Shown: positions 37,853 through 47,917 of the stretch, piece after piece
Numbering within the stretch: the stretch's first letter is position 1
How the letters are laid out: each line of letters begins with the position of its first letter
Assembly (NCBI GenBank): GCA_902588255.1
Contig: CACIOK010000002.1
Span: 6,258-70,257 of the forward strand
Source: an uncultured Pelagibacteraceae bacterium
GTDB taxonomy: Bacteria; Pseudomonadota; Alphaproteobacteria; Pelagibacterales; Pelagibacteraceae
Direction: 5' to 3'
Length of the DNA: 64,000 nucleotides
Made by a program: the position numbers and the translations under genes
The notes under the pieces: model-generated
Told to the model about the DNA's origin: nothing
The model's database searches: none
What the model saw: only the letters and a program-made list of their open reading frames with translations

Positions 37853-38809
37853 CTATAGTTTTTTATTTGCAAATAAATTTGTTAATTCATAAATTATTGT
37901 AGCTGCTGCTAAAGAGGTAAGTTCTGCGTGATCATATGCTGGTGCAACTTCAACTACATCCGCAGAAATTAAATTCATTCCTGAAAGACCTCTTAATACA
38001 TTAACTATTTCTCTTGTGGTCATACCTGCAATTTCGGGAGTACCTGTTCCAGGGGCATGAGCAGGATCTAGAACATCAATATCTATTGATAAGTAAAGTG
38101 GATTATCGCCTACTCTTTTTCTAATTCTATCAACTATTTTATCAATTCCTTCAGTTTGAAATTCATCGCAGTGAATAATTTTAAAACCAAAACTTGCATC
38201 ATTTTTTAAATCATCTCTACTGTATAATGGTCCCCTTATACCAACATGCATTGAGGCATCATCTAAAAATAAATTTTCTTCTCTTGCTCTTCTAAAAGGC
38301 GTTCCATGTGTATAAGGCGCACCAAAATAAGTATCCCAAGTATCTAAATGAGCATCGAAATGAACTAGGGCTACGGGTCCTTTATTCATTTTATTTATTG
38401 ATCTAAGTAATGGAAAAGCAATAGTATGATCTCCACCCATACTAATTATACCTCCAACTTTTTCTAATAATTCTGTTGCACCTTTTTCAATTTGTTTAAT
38501 TGCTTCATCGATATTAAATGGGTTGCAAGCTATATCTCCGGCGTCAGCAACTTGTTGTGTTTTAAATGGTTCCGCATCATAGTTTGGGTGGTAATTTGTT
38601 CTTAAGTGTCGAGACGCTTGCCTTATACTCTGTGGTCCAAATCTAGCTCCAGGTCTATAACTTGTTCCAGCATCAAAAGGGATTCCCACTATAGCAACAT
38701 CACAACTTTCAACATCTCTCAACTCGGGTAATCTTGCAAATGTATTTGGTCCCGCATATCTTGGAACTTTTGTGCCCATAACAGGTTGGATTGGTTTTTT
38801 TTTTTTCAT
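37853..38809 (-). CDS. speB: Agmatinase / guanidinobutyrase (ureohydrolase)
   Basis: RPGARFGP, GGDHT, DAHLD, HGTPF, SIDIDVLDPAHAPGTGTPE Mn-binding motifs. Confidence 0.85.
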   Translation of the reverse strand: MKKKKPIQPVMGTKVPRYAGPNTFARLPELRDVESCDVAIVGIPFDAGTSYRPGARFGPQSIRQASRHLRTNYHPNYDAEPFKTQQVADAGDIACNPFNIDEAIKQIEKGATELLEKVGGIISMGGDHTIAFPLLRSINKMNKGPVALVHFDAHLDTWDTYFGAPYTHGTPFRRAREENLFLDDASMHVGIRGPLYSRDDLKNDASFGFKIIHCDEFQTEGIDKIVDRIRKRVGDNPLYLSIDIDVLDPAHAPGTGTPEIAGMTTREIVNVLRGLSGMNLISADVVEVAPAYDHAELTSLAAATIIYELTNLFANKKL

Positions 38810-39315
38810 TTATGAGCAATTACGTTTAAACTAATTGGGAAACCATATGGTTTATAATTACTAGTATCTTCAAATAATCCAAAAGAATTAACGCGCTCAA
38901 CTTTACTAAAATTAGAGCCCATTAAATAAGAATTTAAAAATTCAAAATTCCATCCAAAATAATGGAAATCATAATCGTCTATTTGTCCACCAAACATCAT
39001 TCTCATAGTATGAAACTTTACTTTTGCTTCTGCTTTTTCATCAATGAATATTTTACATAAAACATCCATATCAGGAACAGAAATATAAAATTTTCCACCT
39101 TTATTTAAAATTCTATTAACTCCTTTAAGTGTATCTAAAACTTTTTTTTGTCCAACGTGTTCTAGTACATGACTAGCATAGACTTCTTCAACAGAATTAT
39201 CTGAAAATTGACTTAAATCTGTAAGATCACCTACAAAATCAACACCATCTTTTTTTTGTATATTTAAAATTTTCCAGCCTTCTTTTGTGGTTTGACCACC
39301 TATATGAAGTTTCAT
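38806..39315 (-). CDS. Class I SAM-dependent methyltransferase-like protein
   Basis: KLHIGG, GWKILNI, YASHVLEH, RILNKGG..ISVPD. Confidence 0.75.
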   Translation of the reverse strand: MKLHIGGQTTKEGWKILNIQKKDGVDFVGDLTDLSQFSDNSVEEVYASHVLEHVGQKKVLDTLKGVNRILNKGGKFYISVPDMDVLCKIFIDEKAEAKVKFHTMRMMFGGQIDDYDFHYFGWNFEFLNSYLMGSNFSKVERVNSFGLFEDTSNYKPYGFPISLNVIAHK

Positions 39316-39350
39316 AAGTTAATATTAATATTCTTTTATAATTAATACAA

Positions 39351-40052
39351 TTAATTGTTTGTAAATTTTTTCCACTCAGAAAACGGGGGAGTGAGGTGCT
39401 CCAAATTTTTTGATTCTTTTGCTAATATAGAGACATCAGCAGAGATTGATATTCTTTCGTTATTATTTGTATTTTTTTGTGTTCCATGAAGAGTTTTGGA
39501 AGGGAAGATAATAATGTCATCTTCTTCTGGATCTATATTTATTCTTGCAATGTTGGAAGTAGTTCTTTTTTTAAAAATTTTATTTCTTTCTGCGGAAACT
39601 GAAGTAAATAGTTGTGGAATAAATTCATTATGTTTTAGTTTATCAATTAAAATAAATTCTGAATCACCTTTTTCCTTTTTTAGATAATAAGCAAATGACA
39701 AATTTGATTGGGAATGGTCATGTGGAGAAATATACTCTTTTGAGTTGGATAAAGTCGCCCATGATCTTTGAAAATAAAATTCTAGCTTACTAACGTCTAA
39801 TTCAAAATGATCCATATATTTTATAATATGCTTCTCTACTTCCTCATAAAATATTTTAAATTTTTCGTTTTTAAACAAATATTCATGTCCATGAGTATCT
39901 CCGGTCCAAGCATTTTGCGCGGGTTTTAATCCTTTATCAGAATCTTTTTTCATTTTAATAATTTCTTCGATCATTTCTTTTTTATTTTCTGGAGATAATA
40001 TGATTTTATCTCTGTAAATTGAGAGTGGAAAGAAGTTATATATTTGATTCAT
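39351..40052 (-). CDS. Putative 2OG-Fe(II) oxygenase (TIGR02466-like)
   Basis: FFP start, SW..EYISPHDH..LSFAYYL..IIIFPSKTLHGT..ERISISAD. Confidence 0.72.
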   Translation of the reverse strand: MNQIYNFFPLSIYRDKIILSPENKKEMIEEIIKMKKDSDKGLKPAQNAWTGDTHGHEYLFKNEKFKIFYEEVEKHIIKYMDHFELDVSKLEFYFQRSWATLSNSKEYISPHDHSQSNLSFAYYLKKEKGDSEFILIDKLKHNEFIPQLFTSVSAERNKIFKKRTTSNIARINIDPEEDDIIIFPSKTLHGTQKNTNNNERISISADVSILAKESKNLEHLTPPFSEWKKFTNN

Positions 40053-41156
40053 TTATAAAACATAAGGTTCTGGTCTTGCGTTTTTTTTCAATACTCTTTC
40101 TACACCAAAACAACTTATATCTATAGATTGATAGGATCCAGTAGTAATTAATTCTGTTAATGCTCTTCCAATTCCTGGGGCTTGCATTAAACCTCTGCCA
40201 GTAAAACCGGAGGCCATGTATACATTTTCGTATTTTGGATGTTTGCCAACTACTGCATTATTATCAAGTTTATTACAATCATAATATCCTGCCCAACCAC
40301 CAGTTAATTTTAATTCTTCAAATGCTGGAATTCTTTTGGCTAAAGCTGGCCAAACTAATTCTTCAAAATCATTCCAGGCAGGTTCTAAATCTTCAGCATC
40401 AAAAACTGAATTGGGAGATCCTGCTAAATATTCTTTTCCTTCTGGTCGCCAATAAACTCCCGTTGTTAAATCTCCAGTTAAAGGCATTTCAGGAATATGT
40501 GTTGGGCATTTTACTCTAAACACAGTATGTTTTTGAGGGACAACTGGTATGTCATTTAATAATTCTTTAGTCCAACACCCTGCTGCTGAGATAATAGTCT
40601 TTGCTTTTATTTCATTAATATTTTTTACATCACCTTTAATAAATTCTGCACCAAGTTCAGATGCTTTGCTTTTTAAGGCACTGTGAAATAAAAAAGGATC
40701 TATCCATCCTTCATTTTTGTCATCAGTATATGTTGCTGTTTCGATGCCTACACTATTAATATAAGGAAATATTTTTTTTAAATCACTGCCTTTAATATTT
40801 TTAGTTCCAGCATCACAAGCTTTATGATTTTCTAAAGCTCTGTATTGTTCTTCTGCATGCTCTGGGCCAAACATAAGAAGGTAACCATTAGGAACCATAC
40901 TGGCAGTAGGATTTGGATTTTTTTCTGTTTTTAATAAATCAGGTATTTGATAAATAAATTCCTTTGCAAATTTTCCTAGTAATATGTTTTCTTTTTGAAA
41001 AAACTGTCTCCTGAATCCACCTAAGGATAGAGGGAAAGAAGCATTTTTGTAAGTTGGATCTCTTTCAATAACTTTTACTTTTCTTCCTTCTTTTGCCAAA
41101 AAATATGCTGTTGCAGCTCCAATGATTCCACCGCCAATTATAACAACATCATCCAT
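40053..41156 (-). CDS. FAD-dependent oxidoreductase (DAO family, FOXRED1-like)
   Basis: Start MDDVVIIGGGIIG at 41156; IERDPTY, SLGGFRRQF, EGWIDP, WAGYYD, GFTGRGLMQAPG. Confidence 0.82.
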   Translation of the reverse strand: MDDVVIIGGGIIGAATAYFLAKEGRKVKVIERDPTYKNASFPLSLGGFRRQFFQKENILLGKFAKEFIYQIPDLLKTEKNPNPTASMVPNGYLLMFGPEHAEEQYRALENHKACDAGTKNIKGSDLKKIFPYINSVGIETATYTDDKNEGWIDPFLFHSALKSKASELGAEFIKGDVKNINEIKAKTIISAAGCWTKELLNDIPVVPQKHTVFRVKCPTHIPEMPLTGDLTTGVYWRPEGKEYLAGSPNSVFDAEDLEPAWNDFEELVWPALAKRIPAFEELKLTGGWAGYYDCNKLDNNAVVGKHPKYENVYMASGFTGRGLMQAPGIGRALTELITTGSYQSIDISCFGVERVLKKNARPEPYVL

Positions 41157-41158
41157 AA

Positions 41159-41623
41159 TTAATTTAATATTAGTAAAGTTAAATTTAGAATTAAGGCATA
41201 ACAACTCCAAAGTAAATATGGAATCATTAAATAAAAACTTAAATTGCTAATGTCTTTATATCTTGAGATTAAATAAATAATAAAAATAATAATAACAATT
41301 AAATTGATTAGTGCGACAGAAATACTATGGTAAACAAAAAATACTATACTCCAAGTTGTATTAAAAAATAAATGTATTAAGTAAATATAAATTAAACTTT
41401 TTTCTCTTTTATTTACCCAGGCATGCCAAGCAGCAATCGCCATTAAAAGATATAGTGTTGTCCATACGGGAGCAAATATCCAGTCTGGAGGTGTTAGAAA
41501 AGATTTATTAAGTGAGGAATACCATGGTTCTTTGGAAGATATAGTCGCAACACCACCAATAAATGATGCTAAATATGTTGCTGCTATAAAAAAGATAAAA
41601 GATACAAATTTATTTTTTACCAT
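41159..41623 (-). CDS. tspO: TspO/MBR tryptophan-rich sensory protein
   Basis: WYSSLNK..PPDWIFAPVWTTLY, NTTWSIVFF, PYLLW..YA..LN; start 41623 with TATAAT-N6-ATG. Confidence 0.9.
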   Translation of the reverse strand: MVKNKFVSFIFFIAATYLASFIGGVATISSKEPWYSSLNKSFLTPPDWIFAPVWTTLYLLMAIAAWHAWVNKREKSLIYIYLIHLFFNTTWSIVFFVYHSISVALINLIVIIIFIIYLISRYKDISNLSFYLMIPYLLWSCYALILNLTLLILN

Positions 41624-41647
41624 AAAAGTATTATACATCATCATAAC

Positions 41648-42406
41648 ATGAATAATAAAACTATTTGGATTACAGGTGCTAGTAGTGGAATTGGAAAGGC
41701 TCTAGCAATCAAATTTGCTCAAGAGGGATGGAAAGTTGCAATTTCCGCTAGAAGAGAAAATTTACTAAAAGAAATTTCAAAAAGTCAAAACAACATTGAT
41801 TATTTTCCACTCGATGTGACAGATATTGAAAAATGTAAAACAGTTTTTAATGATGTAAAAAAAAAATTAGGTAATGTGAATATTTCTGTATTTTGCACTG
41901 GTATCCATGACCCTAAGTCAGAAAAAAAATTAAATTTAGAAAAAGTTAGAAAAATTATGGAGGTTAATTTTTTTGGAACGGTTAATTCAATTAATGCTGT
42001 ATATAATTATTACAAAGATAAGAAATCTGGGCAAATTTCTATTGTTTCATCGGTAGCAGGTTATAGAGGTTTACCCGCTGCTGGTGCATATTGCGCTTCA
42101 AAATCAGCTCTAAGCAGTTTTGCAGAAAGCCTATACTTTGATTTTAAAAGAGACAATGTAAGAATTTCATTGGTAAGCCCAGGCTTTATTAAAACTCCAA
42201 TGACAGATCAAAATGACTTTCCTATGCCAATGATTAAATCACCTGAATTTGCTGCTGAGCAAATGTTTAAAGGGTTAACAAGAAGTAAGGGTTTTGAAAT
42301 TCACTTTCCTAAAACTTTTACATCTTTGATGAAAGTTTTAAAAGTAATACCAAATGGACTTTATTTTAAAATTGTCGAAAAAGGTATGAAAAAAATTGTT
42401 GATTAA
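41648..42406 (+). CDS. Short-chain dehydrogenase/reductase
   Basis: WITGASSGIG, SSVAGYRGLP, YCASK, PGFIKTPMT..NDFPMP. Confidence 0.9.
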   Translation: MNNKTIWITGASSGIGKALAIKFAQEGWKVAISARRENLLKEISKSQNNIDYFPLDVTDIEKCKTVFNDVKKKLGNVNISVFCTGIHDPKSEKKLNLEKVRKIMEVNFFGTVNSINAVYNYYKDKKSGQISIVSSVAGYRGLPAAGAYCASKSALSSFAESLYFDFKRDNVRISLVSPGFIKTPMTDQNDFPMPMIKSPEFAAEQMFKGLTRSKGFEIHFPKTFTSLMKVLKVIPNGLYFKIVEKGMKKIVD

Positions 42407-42930
42407 TTTTTAATAAACGAAACTGTAAGTTCTGCTACTTTAAAACCAAATTTAGTCATAATGGCTCTATTAATTGCTACCTTATCATCTTGCATAAAAA
42501 TCCAGTCGTCAAAAGTAATTTTAATTTCCTTTCCTTTGACTGGAATAAGTAAAACATATTCAAATTTAAATGCAGGACCATAAGAAAAACCTTTGGCAGT
42601 ACCTACTACATCTTCTGCAGTTCCTTCGTAATGATGTTCATCAATTTTAATTATTTGCCATTGTCGAGTTTGTACTTCTCCGTCATTCCAATTAAACTTT
42701 TCATCTAGGATTAGTTGTTTACCGTCCCATTTTCCGTTTAAATCAGCGGTAAATTGCCTAGTAACTTTACCAGATCTGTTTTGTAAAATTCCATAAGCTT
42801 TGACATTGCCTGATAAATATTCTTCTATGATAAGTCTAGGTTTTTGGTCTTTAAAATCTATAGGTTTCATATCGTTATTTGAACATCCAGCTAATAAAAA
42901 TAAAGTAATTATACTAATTATAAATTTCAT
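42403..42930 (-). CDS. DUF3833-family lipoprotein
   Basis: Lipobox LAGC; YLSG.VKAYG..Q.RSG.V.RQF, FDDWIF, KFGFKV. Confidence 0.82.
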   Translation of the reverse strand: MKFIISIITLFLLAGCSNNDMKPIDFKDQKPRLIIEEYLSGNVKAYGILQNRSGKVTRQFTADLNGKWDGKQLILDEKFNWNDGEVQTRQWQIIKIDEHHYEGTAEDVVGTAKGFSYGPAFKFEYVLLIPVKGKEIKITFDDWIFMQDDKVAINRAIMTKFGFKVAELTVSFIKN

Positions 42931-42936
42931 AAATGT

Positions 42937-44109
42937 CTATTTATTAGATAAAGAAAATTGAATCAAATCTATATTTTTTGATTTAAAGCCTGCTTCACAG
43001 TAAGAAAGATAAAAATTCCACATTCTTTTAAAATTTAAATCAAATCCTTGCTCTGAAATACTTTCCCATTTTTTAATAAATTCATCTCTCCAAATCATAA
43101 GAGTATTAGAATAATGAAACCCGTAAGAATTACATTTTTCAAATTCTAATCCTGTTTCTGATGAAAGTTTTATAATATTTTTTTTAGAGGGTAAAAAGCC
43201 TCCGGGGAAAATATATTTTTGAATAAAATCCTCTTTTTTTTTATATCTGTCATATAAATTATCATTAATTGTAATTGCTTGGATTGCGGCTTTACCGTTA
43301 TAAACTAAACCGTCTTTTATCTTTTGGAAATATTTTTTTAAATAATTTTGTCCAACTGCTTCTATCATTTCAATTGATGTTATTGAATTATATTTTTTTT
43401 TTATATCTCTATAATCTAACATTGCAATATTTACTTTTTCATTCAAACCATTTTTAAAAATTCTTTCTTTAGCATATTCAAATTGTTTTTTTGAAATCGT
43501 TATGCAATCCAACTTGACATCGTAATTCTTTCCAATAAATTCAGCATACCCTCCCCAGCCGCATCCTATCTCTAACATGGTATCACCCGTTTGAGGTTTA
43601 ACTAAACTGGATAATTTTTTATATTTATTTATTTGAGCTTCTTCTAAATCTTTTTTTTCGGTTTCAAAAATCGCACTTGAATAGGTGAGTGTTTTATCAA
43701 GCCACAATGAAAAAAATTCGTTACCTAAGTCGTAATGTTTTGAAATATTTTGCTTGCTTCTTTCTTTTGTATTTTTAAAAAAAATATTTTTGATATAATT
43801 TATTAAAGGCATATCTAATAATCCTGCAACTTTATGTACAGAGCTAATATTTCTTGCTGTAATTTCTATTAGACTGGTTAAGTTATCTGTTTCGAAATCA
43901 CCTCTCATATAAGCTTCTGCAAGGCCCACACTTCCTTTGTTAATTATATCTAAAGTAAATCCAGGTTTTTTTATTATTAATTTACTTTTTAGAGTTGAGT
44001 TTATTTCCCCCAAGATTACTTTTTTTCCGTTATAGTTTGTAATTTCTATACAACCGAATTTAATATTCTTTAGAGTTGTAAATATTATTTTATCAGAAAT
44101 AAAATTCAT
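42937..44109 (-). CDS. cfa: Cyclopropane-fatty-acyl-phospholipid synthase family methyltransferase (UfaM-like)
   Basis: NISKHYDLGNEFF, TYSSA, LEIGCGWG, SIEMIEAVG, FIQKYIFPGG, W.FYLSYCEAGF. Confidence 0.9.
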   Translation of the reverse strand: MNFISDKIIFTTLKNIKFGCIEITNYNGKKVILGEINSTLKSKLIIKKPGFTLDIINKGSVGLAEAYMRGDFETDNLTSLIEITARNISSVHKVAGLLDMPLINYIKNIFFKNTKERSKQNISKHYDLGNEFFSLWLDKTLTYSSAIFETEKKDLEEAQINKYKKLSSLVKPQTGDTMLEIGCGWGGYAEFIGKNYDVKLDCITISKKQFEYAKERIFKNGLNEKVNIAMLDYRDIKKKYNSITSIEMIEAVGQNYLKKYFQKIKDGLVYNGKAAIQAITINDNLYDRYKKKEDFIQKYIFPGGFLPSKKNIIKLSSETGLEFEKCNSYGFHYSNTLMIWRDEFIKKWESISEQGFDLNFKRMWNFYLSYCEAGFKSKNIDLIQFSLSNK

Positions 44110-44112
44110 TTT

Positions 44113-44880
44113 TTAATTTTCAACCGTAATATTATTTTTAATTTTGATCTTTTTCTTTACGGTTTTAATACCTTTTATCCATAATCTTAATGCCTCAAAA
44201 TGTATCGCAGAGATAATTTTAAATGTCATTAAAGGGTGCTTTAAATAAGAAAAAAGTAGGTTTCTAGCGGATAAATTAATTTTTTTGCCATCTTGAGAAG
44301 CAAATAACAATTTACCTAGATTATCTCTTTGATCTATTACAACCGATAATGTGTCTTCCGGATAAAAAATTTTAAAATAATAAGTTGAATTAAGGTCCAT
44401 AAATGGAGATACAAAAAATTTTTTTTGGCACTTATTTTCAATGAGTTTCATTCGATTTTCAGTTTTGAAAACATATGTATGTTGTTCACCAAAAGTATTT
44501 TTAACTTCATAAAGTATTGCGACCAAAGAAGAATTTTTATTATAAATAAAAAAGATGCTTAGAGGATTAAAAACGTAACCTAAAATTCTTGGGTAGCACA
44601 AAAGCTTAATCTTTATATTTTTTGTTTCTATATTATATTTCTTAATATTTTTGATAACCCAGTCCTTTAAGTTTGAACCGTCTCTATTTCCATGATCTTT
44701 ATCAAAAAAACTAATCAAATTAAATTTATTATAAGAAAAAAAAGAAATTTTTTTTGAAATTAAGCTTATCTCTGACAAATCTAATAAAAGTGAAAAAACT
44801 CTATATTTAAAAAAATGTTCTTTTGGCTTAAATCTTTTATGAATAACACTTCCAACATAAATACAAGATTGCTTAATCAT
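44113..44880 (-). CDS. DUF1365 protein (UfaO-like)
   Basis: H.RF.P..H.F.Y, PRILGYVFNPLS, YEVKNTFGEQHTY, K.FFVSPF, IHFEALRLW.KG. Confidence 0.87.
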   Translation of the reverse strand: MIKQSCIYVGSVIHKRFKPKEHFFKYRVFSLLLDLSEISLISKKISFFSYNKFNLISFFDKDHGNRDGSNLKDWVIKNIKKYNIETKNIKIKLLCYPRILGYVFNPLSIFFIYNKNSSLVAILYEVKNTFGEQHTYVFKTENRMKLIENKCQKKFFVSPFMDLNSTYYFKIFYPEDTLSVVIDQRDNLGKLLFASQDGKKINLSARNLLFSYLKHPLMTFKIISAIHFEALRLWIKGIKTVKKKIKIKNNITVEN

Positions 44881-46117
44881 TTAAAAATTTTATCATTTCT
44901 AAAGACGATTTTATTCCATCTTCGTGAAAACCATAACCAAAATAACTACCACAAAATAAAATGTTATCTTTATTTTGTATAGATTTAAGTTCATTTTGAC
45001 TTTTTAAAACTTCATCATCATAAAATGGATGAGTAAAAATTACTTTTTTATAAATTTTTTCTTTAGAAATTTCATAATAAGGATTTATTGTTAAAAAAAT
45101 ATTTTTATTTATTTTTAAATTTTGCAAAAGATTAAGCCAATAAGTAACTGAATTTTTTTGTAAATTATTTTTGTCTACCGTTGCATTCCATGAAGACCAA
45201 TTTTTTTTATTTTTTGGCATAACGCTTTCATCTGAATGAATGAAAGCAATATTCTTTTTATATTTAAAATTTTTTAAAATTTTTTTTTCTTTTTCTGTTG
45301 GATTTTGAATTAAGTTTAATGACTGATCTGCATGCGTGGCTAGTATTACTTTATCATAAGTAAAAAATTCACTTTTATCACCATAATAAACACTTATATT
45401 GTTTTTATTTCTTATAATTTTATTTATATTATAATTTTTAAAGTGCTTACCACTTAGTTTATTTAAAACTTCCAAAACATATTTTTTGCTTCTGTTAGCA
45501 ATTGTAAACCATTCTGGTCTATTTTTAATTTTAAACAAACCATGATTTTTAAAAAAAATAATAAAAAAACTAAAAGGCATTTTTCTAACTTCTTTTGGTG
45601 GCATCGACCAAATTGCTGATACCATTGGAATAATGTGATAATTTATAAAATAGGCTGATAGTTTTTCTTTATCTAAAAAATCACCAAGCGTTATTGTTTC
45701 ATAATCTTTTATATTTATTTTTTCACATTTGTTATAAAAATTGATTATTTCATAAAACATTTTTAAAAACTTTATATTTAATAAATTTTTTTTGTTTGAA
45801 AAAAAACCGTTTAATCCTTTTCCACAATATTCAATATTTGACTTGTTTACAGATACAGAAAAAGACATATTACTTTTTTCGTATTTCACATCTAGTTCTT
45901 GTAAAAAATTTATTAAATTTGGATAAGTTTTTTTATTAAAGACTATAAAACCAATATCTACATCTATTTTTTTTTTATCATCATATTGAATATTAAGTGT
46001 ATATGAGTGGCCCCCAAAACGATCATCCTTTTCATATAAATCTACACGATGTTTTTTTGATAAAAAATACGACGCACTTAAACCTGATATACCCGATCCA
46101 ATAACTGCAATTTTCAT
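44873..46117 (-). CDS. FAD-dependent oxidoreductase / fatty-acid desaturase (UfaD-like)
   Basis: IAVIGSGISGL, GGHS.T, VDIGFIVFN..TYPNL, FFKNHGL, ATHADQ, WSSWN, TYWLNLLQ, GSYFGYGFHEDG. Confidence 0.85.
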   Translation of the reverse strand: MKIAVIGSGISGLSASYFLSKKHRVDLYEKDDRFGGHSYTLNIQYDDKKKIDVDIGFIVFNKKTYPNLINFLQELDVKYEKSNMSFSVSVNKSNIEYCGKGLNGFFSNKKNLLNIKFLKMFYEIINFYNKCEKINIKDYETITLGDFLDKEKLSAYFINYHIIPMVSAIWSMPPKEVRKMPFSFFIIFFKNHGLFKIKNRPEWFTIANRSKKYVLEVLNKLSGKHFKNYNINKIIRNKNNISVYYGDKSEFFTYDKVILATHADQSLNLIQNPTEKEKKILKNFKYKKNIAFIHSDESVMPKNKKNWSSWNATVDKNNLQKNSVTYWLNLLQNLKINKNIFLTINPYYEISKEKIYKKVIFTHPFYDDEVLKSQNELKSIQNKDNILFCGSYFGYGFHEDGIKSSLEMIKFLND

Positions 46118-46977
46118 TTACTTAATTTGTATTGATGCAAAAATTGAAGCAATACTGCAATTATTACAATTGTCCCTCCTGTTATAACAATTGTCGGTGG
46201 TTGCTCATTTATGAACAGCCAAGCCCAAAGTGGGCCAAAGACAGCCTCGGTTAGCATTATAATACCTACCATAGCAGAAGGTGTTCGTTGAGCACCGATC
46301 GTTATAAAAATAAAACCAAAACCTAGTTGAAAAAAACCTGCAAGAAATCCTAAAAAAATATCATGATAAGATATATTAATTTTGCTCGACATTAAGTACC
46401 CAATTATTAAAGCAAAAATACCTGCTATAAATTGAGATGGAACCATATCAACATTAGGATATTTTCTGACTACCAGTATCAATACAGCAAAAGATATTGG
46501 CATAGAGAAAGCTGCTAAATTTCCAATTGTTTGACCTAAAGAAAGAGTATTTCCTACCATTATTATAATTCCTGATATGGCAAGAATAATTGAAATTAAT
46601 GTAGTTTTAGAAATTTTTTCTTTTAAAAAAAAATATCCAAAAATAGCTAGAAAAATTGTTTGAGTTTGAATTATAAAATTAGTATTTGCAACAGTTGTAT
46701 TATACATTGCAAATACATAGCCACAAAAACCAAAAGATAAAATTAGTCCGCCAAAAAAACCTGGTATACCTGAATCATAAAATGATTTAAAAAAATTTTT
46801 TTTATAGGTAATTACAAGATAAATAGAAATAATTAATAAAAAAAATACAGTTCTCCAAAATAAGATTTGCCATTGTGTTGCACCTTCAAACGATTTTATA
46901 ATTAAGCCACCAAAACTTAAACTAAAAGCACCAAAAAAAACTAATAATGGTCCAGGTAATTGTTTAATTAATTGCAT
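46114..46977 (-). CDS. DMT/EamA-family transporter
   Basis: About 10 TM helices in two EamA repeats; FFLKEKI, E.VFGPLWAWLF.NE.P. Confidence 0.85.
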   Translation of the reverse strand: MQLIKQLPGPLLVFFGAFSLSFGGLIIKSFEGATQWQILFWRTVFFLLIISIYLVITYKKNFFKSFYDSGIPGFFGGLILSFGFCGYVFAMYNTTVANTNFIIQTQTIFLAIFGYFFLKEKISKTTLISIILAISGIIIMVGNTLSLGQTIGNLAAFSMPISFAVLILVVRKYPNVDMVPSQFIAGIFALIIGYLMSSKINISYHDIFLGFLAGFFQLGFGFIFITIGAQRTPSAMVGIIMLTEAVFGPLWAWLFINEQPPTIVITGGTIVIIAVLLQFLHQYKLSK

Positions 46978-47917
46978 TTAAATATTTTCTTGTTTCAGAT
47001 AAATACTCCTTAAATAAATTTTCAGCTTCTTCAAGAGTTACTTCTTTAAATTTAATATTTGCTCCGGGAGGCAATTGTGTAACTCTATCTAAATCAGCTG
47101 AAATAACAACACCGATCTTAGGGTATCCTCCAATAGTTCCATGGTCATTTAATAAAATAATTGGATTACCGTCCGCAGGTACCTGAACAACTCCTTTTAT
47201 TAGACCTTCAGATTTAATATTAGTATTTTTTATGTTTTTTAAACTTGAACCTTTAAGTCTCATTCCCATCCTATCTGTGAGATTAGTTATTAAATATTCT
47301 TCCTTAAAAAACTTATTTTGCGAGTCCTCAGAAAAATAATTAAAATTACTTCCCTTTATTACTCTTATTAAATTATTTGTTGAGTCGCTAAAATTAATTT
47401 TTTTTTGTGGTATATGTTTGCTTTCATGATTTTTTATAAATATTTTTTCATTTATAGAAAATTTATTACCATTATTCGGACCTATATTTGCTTTTGAGTT
47501 AATTGAGTAACTGTTCCAAAATTTTTTATAATTAAGTCCATCTTTAATAGCTAAATAACCATAGACTGATTTTCTTGTAGATAAAATATCTAATTTTTCA
47601 CCATTTTCTAAAATATAACTTTGATAACATTTACCTTCCTCAACAATTGAATTGTTTCTTATAATATTAAAAGCAACATCTCCTGTAATTGCAAAAGTAA
47701 TTTTTCCATTTTTTAATTTTAAAAGTGGTCCTTGATATGCAAACTCAATTGATGCTTCATCTTTTTTATTCAAGACCAACGCATTTGCTAATTTATAATT
47801 TCTTAAATCCATTGCCCCGCTTACGGTAATCCCAATATGATATAAATGATTTCTACCAAAGTCCTGAACAGTGGTATTTATTCCGGGACGCAATATTTCA
47901 AAATAAACTTCAGTCAT
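46964..47917 (-). CDS. pxpC: 5-oxoprolinase subunit C
   Basis: TTVQDFGR, SGAMD, DRMGMRL, VQVPADGNPIILLNDHGTIGGYPKI. Confidence 0.88.
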   Translation of the reverse strand: MTEVYFEILRPGINTTVQDFGRNHLYHIGITVSGAMDLRNYKLANALVLNKKDEASIEFAYQGPLLKLKNGKITFAITGDVAFNIIRNNSIVEEGKCYQSYILENGEKLDILSTRKSVYGYLAIKDGLNYKKFWNSYSINSKANIGPNNGNKFSINEKIFIKNHESKHIPQKKINFSDSTNNLIRVIKGSNFNYFSEDSQNKFFKEEYLITNLTDRMGMRLKGSSLKNIKNTNIKSEGLIKGVVQVPADGNPIILLNDHGTIGGYPKIGVVISADLDRVTQLPPGANIKFKEVTLEEAENLFKEYLSETRKYLNAIN

